NCBI GenBank assembly: GCA_050331735.1
Contig: JBHJGN010000040.1
Coordinates: forward strand, 1-24,727
Direction: 5' to 3'
Origin: Cyanophyceae cyanobacterium
GTDB taxonomy: Bacteria; Cyanobacteriota; Cyanobacteriia; Cyanobacteriales; JBHJGN01
Length of the DNA: 24,727 bases
Shown here piece after piece: positions 1 through 6,294 of this stretch. The notes beneath the pieces are model-generated. The model did no database searches. It was given only the letters and a program-made list of their open reading frames with translations, and had not been told where the DNA came from. Both the position numbers and the translations under genes were made by a program. The first letter of the stretch is position 1. Every line of letters begins with the position of its first letter.

Positions 1-1149
1 GGGAGCATGTCAGGTTTGCAAAGGTAGCAGAAATAGTACACTCTAGAGGAACTCACCCAGAGATGCTTAATTATGACTCCAGACAAAGCCGCTCAATTAC
101 AAACTTATCTCGATGCCATAGCAGAAATTCTCTACCAAGAGAGCGACCCGGCAGCGATGCAGACCTTAGAGGGGATTGAACTGACAGTGAGGGAGAAGAT
201 TCAAGCTCATGTGAGTCCAGCGCTGGGGTGTTTTTTATCCGCGCAGTTAGCGGTACAGAAGCGGGGCGAGAGCGAACCCTAAAGAGTACTCTAGGGACGC
301 TAAAAGTAACTACTCAGCAAGCTAAGCAGCTCGGAGTCGAGTCACATCGCCAGCTCAGCCCTCATCTAGAGAACTGTTGCTTGCGATTGAGCGCCAATGT
401 CTCCTACGAGCAAGCCGCCAACGACCTGTGCTATCTGACGGGGGTGCGAGTGGCGGCCAAAACCCAGCAGCGTCTGGTTCAGCGTCAATCGTTTGCTAGT
501 CCCGCCACTGAAGATAAGCTCAAAGAGGTCAGCGTCGATGGTGGCAAGGTGCGATTGAGAACGGCTCTCGGAGAACCTTGCGCCTGGAAAGACTACAAAG
601 CCGTGACGGGAGATGGAGCTGTCATGGCTAGCTACCGCGACAACAAAGCGCTGGTGGAGTGGGTGAACCAACACCAGTTAGCTACACCGTTAACGGCTTT
701 AGGGGACGGGCATGACGGCATTTGGAACATCATCGCTCAGATAGGAGTAGAGGACAGTAGGCGGGAGATTTTGGATTGGTATCATTTAGTGGAAAACTTG
801 CATAAAGTCGGGGGTTCTCTTAAGCGACTTAACCAAGCCCAAGCACTGCTGTGGCAAGGAGACATTGATGCTGCCCTCGCTTTATTTGACGGACTCCAGA
901 AGCCGTCGGCGAAAAACTTCTGCCGCTACTTGCGCAAGCATCGTCACCGCATTATCAATTACGATTACTATCAGCGTGAGCAAATCTGCTCAATTGGTTC
1001 TGGGGCGATTGAATCGGCTATTAAGCAGATTGGTCGTCGCGTCAAAATTTCGGGAGCACAGTGGAACAAGGAGAATGTTCCTCAAGTGCTAGCTCATCGG
1101 TGCGCTTACCTCAACGGACTCATTGGTTCTCAAAGCTGACATGCTCCCC
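1..1149 (+). mobile_element. ISKra4-family insertion sequence; the first base of the left IR is probably cut by the window edge
   Basis: Terminal inverted repeats GGGAGCATGTCAGgTTTG (1-18) and CAAAgCTGACATGCTCCC(C) (1131-1149) match 17/18. They enclose a two-ORF transposase. The left flank is not visible, so no target duplication can be checked. Confidence 0.92.
73..1139 (+). CDS. ISKra4-family DDE transposase, expressed by -1 frameshift joining ORF 73..282 to ORF 228..1139
   Basis: Motifs VSVDGGKVR, LGDGHDGIWN, EILDWYHLVENL and IGSGAIESAIKQI. A slippery heptamer T TTT TTA (231-237) lies in the ORF overlap. Confidence 0.9.
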
Positions 1150-1724
1150 GTGCAATAGTTGGGAAGAACTTACCTGGATTTGATATAAAAGGTCTTCCAT
1201 GTCAACAACTGAATCAAGTTGGAATTTCACTTCAACAGCTTGCTGAGCTTCTCAACAAACATAAATTTAATGACTGTATCTTTCTTTCTCGTCAAAATAT
1301 CCTTCGCAAGCTTATATCTGTACAGATAGTTGTCCAAGGCTTGCGTAACTCATTTCACTTATCACCTGATTCAGAAACGCGACTCCATGGTTCGCTAACA
1401 ATAGATTTACAAAAAGTTTCCATCCAGGGGAAAAGTGCACCTCTATTAAATATGATTGAATATATCGACGAAGAATCTGAGAAAGCTCTTCATATTCTAA
1501 AAAATTACTTTCGGATATTAACTATAAGCTACGAAGAAGACATTGAAGATGACCCAAAAATTGCCTATCAGAAAGCCTGCTCGTTTTTAAATTTGTCGAA
1601 ATTTGATGACGTAAAAGTAAAGCGCAAACGAATAAATACCATGAAAAATAAAGATTTAATCACAAATTTTAACGAGATAGAGGATTTATTATCTGGAACA
1701 AAGTATGAGTGGATGTTAACTTAA
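1150..1724 (+). pseudogene. 5'-truncated Stf0/NodH-like sulfotransferase-family gene interrupted by the IS
   Basis: The frame of ORF 1341..1724 stays open back to the IS end: AIVGKNLPGFDIKG...CIFLSRQNILRKLISVQI...ISYEEDIEDDP...CSFL...ITNFNEIEDLLSGTKYEWML. The LxRxNxLRxxIS and YEE..DP motifs resemble the 3'-PAPS-binding half of Stf0-like sulfotransferases. The DNA is AT-rich and has no HIP1. Confidence 0.6.
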
Positions 1725-1765
1725 ATGCCTTGGTCGTCTCTAGCTTTTGGGTAGCCTCCCAAATG

Positions 1766-2375
1766 GATAATGTTCTTAATATGTTGTTGCTGTTTAGATT
1801 GCTACTCTAAATTTAGAGTGGTTGATAAACAAGCTAATCACTCAATAACGCATGACTTCTGATCGAGAAAAGCACATGGTTGTCCTTGGTAGCCTTTTGA
1901 TTCTGGTTTTCCAACCAAGTGCTTACTCTCTATCTTAATCTCATCGAGTTCAGTTTTTCCAACGTCTGCCTACTTCATTATCCCAACTTTTATAGAGTCG
2001 GGGTCAATAGCTGCCAGTAACTTTTGATTCACAGCTTCGAGATGCGGGGATTTTTCTGAGTCCCGTGGAGGCCTTTACTTTGAGCTCCGAGCTGTCTCTC
2101 TCACCCCACTGCTGTTGAGAGCTAGTTCGGCTGCTGCTTGACTGTTCGAGTCCGTCCTGGATAGTCGCTACTGAGCACGAAAATGCATCGCAAGTAGTCG
2201 GAGTTTTGACCGAGATAGCGTTACTTTCCTTCTCCTGATTTCCTATGTTTGATGGTCTTGGAAGAGTGGCAGTCAGGTCAAGATACAAGAATCAAAACAG
2301 TCACAGATAAAGCTAAAAGGGAAGCCAGGTCAGTAGGCTCTTAGCGCACTCTTCCAACAGATCAAGAACATTACC
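1766..2375 (-). mobile_element. Degenerate, internally deleted IS1-family element (~610 bp)
   Basis: Imperfect terminal IRs: GATAATGTTCTTAATATGTTG (1766-1786) against the reverse complement of 2355-2375, GGTAATGTTCTTGATCTGTTG, 18/21 identical. GGTAATG is an IS1-type end. The element encloses insAB remnants. Confidence 0.85.
1794..2304 (-). pseudogene. IS1 InsAB transposase pseudogene
   Basis: Manual minus-strand translation across frames: VTVLILVS*PDCHSSKTIKHRKSGEGK*RYL...DYPGRTRTVKQQ / ELALNSSGERETAR / KSPHLEAVNQKLLAAIDP...ELDE / KIESKHL / TRIKRLPRTTMCFSRSEVM..VISLFIN...*. These correspond to the InsA zinc finger and HTH and the InsB C-terminus, with several stops and frameshifts and the central InsB part missing. 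Confidence 0.85.
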
Positions 2376-2497
2376 AAAACCTGGACCAGCTCAATCATAC
2401 TCAATCTATCTACCGTGGGAGCAGCACTCTTGATGTTTTTCCCTCTATTGAAAGACCCTATTTCTCTCACTGGTAAGATTACTCATCTCGCTACGGT

Positions 2498-2506
2498 TGA
2501 TAAATT
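2498..2506 (+). promoter_or_regulatory. Candidate extended -10 promoter (TGnTAAATT) for the structured leader
   Basis: TG-A-TAAATT at 2498-2506 would place a TSS near 2513, just before the first helix at 2521. Motif match only. Confidence 0.3.
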
Positions 2507-2520
2507 AGGAGTGTAAGTTA

Positions 2521-2610
2521 AATAACGTAACGGATGAGGGTTTTGCCGCTGTGACTCATTGCCCAAGACCGAAGGAGAGCGAACTGGCAGGTTAGGGACG
2601 ATACGTTATT
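2521..2610 (+). promoter_or_regulatory. Glycine-riboswitch-like aptamer, GGAnGA-type variant
   Basis: P1 is AATAACGTA(A)CG 2521-2532 paired with CG(A)TACGTTATT 2599-2610. Then junction GGATGA (2532-2537), P2 GGGT...GCCC, and ACCGAAGGAG...CTGGCAGGT TAG GGAC. This follows the glycine aptamer order P1-GGAGA-P2-ACCGAAG..CTYTCAGG..GGAC-P1, with core changes. Confidence 0.65.
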
Positions 2611-2619
2611 AGATTGACA

Positions 2620-2732
2620 AATGCGGTGTGGAGTTTTTATCGCTTCCTCCACTTGACTACCAGCGAGGCGAGGCGCAACCCTCGCTCAGAGCGGTCTGAG
2701 TTGGTAGACGTAATGGGTCAATCACTCGCATT
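2620..2732 (+). ncRNA. Unidentified multi-branch structured RNA domain, possibly a second aptamer
   Basis: Nested helices: AATGCG/CGCATT (2620-25/2727-32), GTGGAG/CTCCAC (2628-33/2647-52), TTGAC/GTCAA (2653-57/2717-21), CTACCA/TGGTAG (2657-62/2702-07), GCGAGG/CCTCGC (2663-68/2680-85), CTCAGA/TCTGAG (2685-90/2695-2700). It is a GC-rich island followed by very AT-rich DNA. Confidence 0.5.
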
Positions 2733-2763
2733 ATTTATTTATATTTAATTCATATATCTTTGG

Positions 2764-2809
2764 CAGCCTTCCTTGTTCGGACAGACGTTCGACGGGAAAG
2801 GCTGTTTCT
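2764..2809 (+). terminator. Long hairpin with a short T-tail; candidate attenuator or expression platform
   Basis: CAGCCTTCCTTGTTCGGAC-AGAC-GTTCGACGGGAAAGGCTG followed by TTTCT. The G-U wobble pairs work on the + strand. Confidence 0.45.
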
Positions 2810-2905
2810 AGAAAGAAGAGAAGCGATCACAGCAAAAACAATTGGCGATGGTCGTCGAACGGAGTCATCTAAATTTCATCAGAGAATAACGCGCTATTTG
2901 TTACC

Positions 2906-3406
2906 ATGATTATGGAGACACTCAGATTAGCTCTCAGGTACTTTGAGGAACAGGATCTCGATTCTCTATCAGCGATTTTGGCCGATCCTGAAGTGATGCA
3001 GTTCTCCGCGGTGGGACCAATGGCGCGAGCGCAAACACAAGAATTCCTAAGAGAAATACTTGCCTCTTATCAGCAGCAAGGCTACGGCCTCTATGCAGCG
3101 ACCCATCAAGAACAGCAGCTAATTGGCTACTGTGGTTTAATTAGACAAGTAGTTGATGGCAATCAAGAAATTGAAGTAGGTTATCGGCTGGCTCGTTTCT
3201 ACTGGGGAAAAGGATTAGCGACCGAAGCAGCAACCGCCGTCCGTGATTATGGCCTGCATCAGCGAGGCTTTAAGCGTCTGATTTCTATGATCGATCCTAA
3301 TAATTATCGCTCTATCCGAGTTGCTGAAAAAATTGGGATGGAATACGAGAAAGATTCTGTGTTTAAAAATATTCCAGTCAGAATTTATAGTCCGTCTAAT
3401 AGCTAA
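2906..3406 (+). CDS. GNAT N-acetyltransferase, RimJ/RimL-like
   Basis: ETLRLALR, IGYCGL, EVGYRLARFYWGKGLATEAA, NYRSIRVAEKIGM. Confidence 0.92.
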   Translation: MIMETLRLALRYFEEQDLDSLSAILADPEVMQFSAVGPMARAQTQEFLREILASYQQQGYGLYAATHQEQQLIGYCGLIRQVVDGNQEIEVGYRLARFYWGKGLATEAATAVRDYGLHQRGFKRLISMIDPNNYRSIRVAEKIGMEYEKDSVFKNIPVRIYSPSNS

Positions 3407-3850
3407 ATGGCTCAAACGGATGTGCTGATTCGACAAGCCAGATTAGAAGATGTTGAACGCGTTACTATACTGTGTCATCAGTTAGGGTACTCAACCTCTA
3501 CCCAGGACGTACAAACATATATCAAAACTTTAGCTGCTCACAGGTGTATTGTTTATGTCGCTTGCCACAGCGATCGCCCAGTCGTCGGTTTGATTAACGT
3601 TTATGTAGCTAATGAGCTGTTGCTAAGTAAACAAGCGGAAATCGGTGCTTTAATTGTTGATGAAGCGTACCGTTCCGGCGGCATTGGTCGCCTACTGGTG
3701 CAGCACGGACAGCAATGGGCCAAAGAGCAAGGCTGTCATGTTTTACAAGTCCGTGCCAACGTCATTCGTGACTCTGCCCACGCTTTCTATAAACGGATTG
3801 GATGTGAGCTTTACAAAAGCCAGCGAGTTTTTCGCAAGCCGCTAGCTTAA
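3407..3850 (+). CDS. GNAT N-acetyltransferase, PhnO-like (possible aminoalkylphosphonate N-acetyltransferase)
   Basis: AEIGALIVDEAYRSGGIGRLL, WAKEQG and NVIRDSAHAFY...FRKPL resemble E. coli PhnO. It abuts the upstream stop (TAAATG) and directly precedes phnJ. Confidence 0.85.
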   Translation: MAQTDVLIRQARLEDVERVTILCHQLGYSTSTQDVQTYIKTLAAHRCIVYVACHSDRPVVGLINVYVANELLLSKQAEIGALIVDEAYRSGGIGRLLVQHGQQWAKEQGCHVLQVRANVIRDSAHAFYKRIGCELYKSQRVFRKPLA

Positions 3851-3890
3851 ACTTGATTTTAAGTCGCTTGCTCAATACAGCTTAGAAACC

Positions 3891-4817
3891 GTGACTCAAC
3901 TCGATCGCTCCAACAGCCAAACAGTATCCAACTCGGCTTCTCTTCGAGAAGATATTCAGCACTCAGAACCAGGATTCAACTTTGCCTATCTAGATGAGCA
4001 AACCAAGCGTTCCCTGCGTCGGGCGTTGCTCAAAGCCGTCGCCATTCCCGGACATCAAATTCCCTTTAGTTCCCGCGAGATGCCGATGTCCTACGGTTGG
4101 GGAACGGGAGGAATCCAGGTAACGGCTGCTGTGATTGGCAAAGACGATGTGCTTAAGGTCATCGACCAAGGCGCAGACGATACCACCAATGCCGTCAATA
4201 TTCGGCGTTTTTTTACCAAGGTGTGTGGAGTCGAAACCACAGAATCAACCGCCGCCGCCACTCTGATTCAAACCCGCCATCGTATTCCGGAAACGCCGTT
4301 ACAGAAAGGGCAAATTATTATCTATCAAGTGCCGATGCCAGAGCCTCTGTATTTTTTGGAACCTTCGCGAACCGAGTGCCGGAAAATGCACGCTCTCGAA
4401 GAATACGGTCCCATGTACGTCAAGCTCTACGAAGATATTACTCAGCATGGAGCGATCGCCCAATCCTACGACTATCCGGTAATGGTCCATCAGCGCTACC
4501 TAATGAAACCCAGTCCAATTCCCCGCTTTGATAACCCTAAAATGCACATGAACCCGGCTTTACAGCTATTCGGTGCAGGACGGGAAAAACGCCTCTACGC
4601 TATTCCTCCCTACACAGAAGTCAAAAGTCTAGACTTTGAAGACTACCCCTTCACTGTCGAACGATGGGACAAAGCCTGTGAGTTTTGCGGTTCTACCGCT
4701 AGCTATTTAGATGAAGTCGTTACGGATGACCAAGGAACCAGACTGTGGCTTTGTTCCGATACCGACTACTGCAACAGCCGCCAGCAATTCCAGCACAAGC
4801 GTCAACTAGGCTCATGA
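3891..4817 (+). CDS. phnJ: Alpha-D-ribose 1-methylphosphonate 5-phosphate C-P lyase PhnJ
   Basis: FAYLDEQTKR, KAVAIPGHQ (glycyl radical Gly), YGWGTGG, KVIDQGADDTTNAV, and CEFCG...CSDTDYC Fe-S cysteines. GTG start. Confidence 0.97.
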   Translation: MTQLDRSNSQTVSNSASLREDIQHSEPGFNFAYLDEQTKRSLRRALLKAVAIPGHQIPFSSREMPMSYGWGTGGIQVTAAVIGKDDVLKVIDQGADDTTNAVNIRRFFTKVCGVETTESTAAATLIQTRHRIPETPLQKGQIIIYQVPMPEPLYFLEPSRTECRKMHALEEYGPMYVKLYEDITQHGAIAQSYDYPVMVHQRYLMKPSPIPRFDNPKMHMNPALQLFGAGREKRLYAIPPYTEVKSLDFEDYPFTVERWDKACEFCGSTASYLDEVVTDDQGTRLWLCSDTDYCNSRQQFQHKRQLGS

Positions 4818-5197
4818 TCAAGCATACCGGAGGATGTCATTGCGCTCGGGTGCGATTTGAGGTGGAAGCGCCAGCAGAACTAGAAGTGGATGAATGTAAC
4901 TGCTCGATCTGTCGCAAAACTGGTTATCTGCACCTCATTGTGCCTCAATCTCGCTTCAAATTGCTGACCGGTAAGGAGGCGCTCACTACCTACACGTTTA
5001 ATACTGGAGTCGCTCAGCACACCTTCTGTTCAGTCTGCGGGATCAAGTCTTTCTATGTACCGCGGTCGCATCCCAACGGCATTAGCGTTAACGCCAGATG
5101 CATCGACTCTGACACAGTAACGAAGCTGACCGTGAATCAGTTTGATGGAGTACACTGGGAAGCCAATGTCGCCAAGCTAGGCCCTTTAGATGAATGA
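4814..5197 (+). CDS. GFA/CENP-V family Zn protein (127 aa)
   Basis: GGCHC, CNCSICRK, HTFCSVCG, VNARC. The true start is probably ATG 4814, in an ATGA overlap with the phnJ stop, rather than 4745. Confidence 0.92.
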   Translation: MIKHTGGCHCARVRFEVEAPAELEVDECNCSICRKTGYLHLIVPQSRFKLLTGKEALTTYTFNTGVAQHTFCSVCGIKSFYVPRSHPNGISVNARCIDSDTVTKLTVNQFDGVHWEANVAKLGPLDE

Positions 5198-5970
5198 CTA
5201 TTACCTCCTTGCTCACCGTCCAGCAGCTCAGTAAAGCTTACGGTCGCATTCAAGCCTGCGATCGCATCTCTTTTTGTCTTTACTCCGGTCAGGTGTTGGG
5301 CATCGTTGGGGAATCCGGTTCGGGGAAAACGACGCTTCTCGGCTCCATTGGGGGGCAAATTCCCGTCGATGAAGGTCAGATCCTCTACACCAGCAGCACC
5401 GGCGAAGTCTTAGAACTCACCACCCTACCCGAACATCGCCGCCGCCGACTAATGCGAACCGAATGGGGCTTCGTGCAGCAGAATCCCCGCGACGGACTGC
5501 GGATGAACGTCACCGCCGGAGCCAATATTGGCGAACGACTGCTGGATGTTGGGGTGCGGCACTACGGTAATATTCGCGCAGAAGCCAGCTACTGGCTTAA
5601 TCAGGTGGAAATAGAGGGCGATCGCCTCGATGGACTACCGAGAACCTTTTCTGGCGGGATGCAGCAGCGCTTGCAGCTAGCCCGCATTTTGGTGACCAAG
5701 CCGCGCCTGGTGCTCATGGACGAACCAACGGGCGGATTAGATGTTTCAGTACAGGCGCGGTTACTCGATCTCATTCGCTCTTTGGTGCGCAATCTACACC
5801 TCAGCGTCATTCTAGTCACCCACGATATTGGCGTTGTGCGGCTGCTAGCTGATCGCCTGCTAGTGATGAAATCCGGCAAAGTAGTAGAGTCGGGATTAAC
5901 CGATCAGGTACTAGACGATCCGCAACATGCCTACACTCAGCAACTGGTTAGTGCGACTCTGACTCCTTAG
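5194..5970 (+). CDS. phnK: C-P lyase system ABC ATPase PhnK
   Basis: GESGSGKT, the PhnK signature LMRTEWGFVQQNPRDGLRM..TAGANIGERL, FSGGMQQR, DEPTGGLDVSVQA, LDDPQHAYTQQLV. ATGA overlap with the GFA gene. Confidence 0.96.
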   Translation: MTITSLLTVQQLSKAYGRIQACDRISFCLYSGQVLGIVGESGSGKTTLLGSIGGQIPVDEGQILYTSSTGEVLELTTLPEHRRRRLMRTEWGFVQQNPRDGLRMNVTAGANIGERLLDVGVRHYGNIRAEASYWLNQVEIEGDRLDGLPRTFSGGMQQRLQLARILVTKPRLVLMDEPTGGLDVSVQARLLDLIRSLVRNLHLSVILVTHDIGVVRLLADRLLVMKSGKVVESGLTDQVLDDPQHAYTQQLVSATLTP

Positions 5971-5974
5971 AAAT

Positions 5975-6062
5975 GGGGGAAAAATGTCCCGAAGGGACGG
6001 GGAAGGGGGAAATAGTTCCTACGGAACGGGGAAGGGGAAAACTGTCCCTCCGGGACGGGTAA
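5975..6062. repeat. Three 29-bp tandem units, each a purine tract plus a 5-bp-stem/3-nt-loop hairpin
   Basis: GTCCC-GAA-GGGAC (5986), GTTCC-TAC-GGAAC (6015) and GTCCC-TCC-GGGAC (6044), separated by GGGGAAGGGG(G)AAA. Confidence 0.8.
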
Positions 6063-6088
6063 AAAACACAGATTTAAGGAGAAAGCTG

Positions 6089-6232
6089 ATACCATTGACC
6101 GAAAGTAGTCAGATAGTTCCTTAAACTAACCAAGCATTGGAGGTTCAAGGGCAAAGAGCTGCTGTGCTTCCCTTTCCCCTTTCCCCTTTCCCCCAACTCA
6201 TCAAGTCTCCGATTACTTTTTCTAATTGGTAT
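6089..6232 (+). mobile_element. MITE-like element, copy 1 (144 bp)
   Basis: Imperfect ~25-bp terminal IRs ATACCATTGACCGAAAGTAGTCAGA ... TCCGATTACTTTTTCTAATTGGTAT. Near-identical to 12829-12974 and homologous to the inverted 21601-21751. Confidence 0.85.
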
Positions 6233-6294
6233 GATTTATTCACCCCTTTCCCCCTTCCCCTTTTCCCGTTGCGGAGCAACTTCTTTCCCTGCGC

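Noticed and set aside
1804..1819. Perfect 16-bp palindrome ACTCTAAATTTAGAGT as an operator
   Set aside because: It lies within the decayed IS1 insB 3' end and is AT-rich, so it is probably chance.
2004..2288. 94-aa minus-strand ORF as a novel gene
   Set aside because: It is mostly an off-frame reading of the IS1 pseudogene.
2521..2810. Retron msr-msd, HEARO/omegaRNA, CAST tracrRNA or SRP RNA as the identity of the structured region
   Set aside because: There is no reverse transcriptase, IscB/TnpB or Cas12k gene nearby. Only isolated short words match (TACGTTATT, ATGAGGGTT, CAAGACCGAAGG), whereas the glycine-aptamer scaffold matches in order and pairing.
2844..2870. Fluoride riboswitch (GGCGATGG start)
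   Set aside because: The downstream pairing and the GCTRATGAC pseudoknot strand are absent, and there is no crcB or eriC gene.
5975..6062. CRISPR array (29-bp periodicity with palindromes)
   Set aside because: The units are contiguous with no unique spacers, the palindromes themselves vary, and there are no cas genes.
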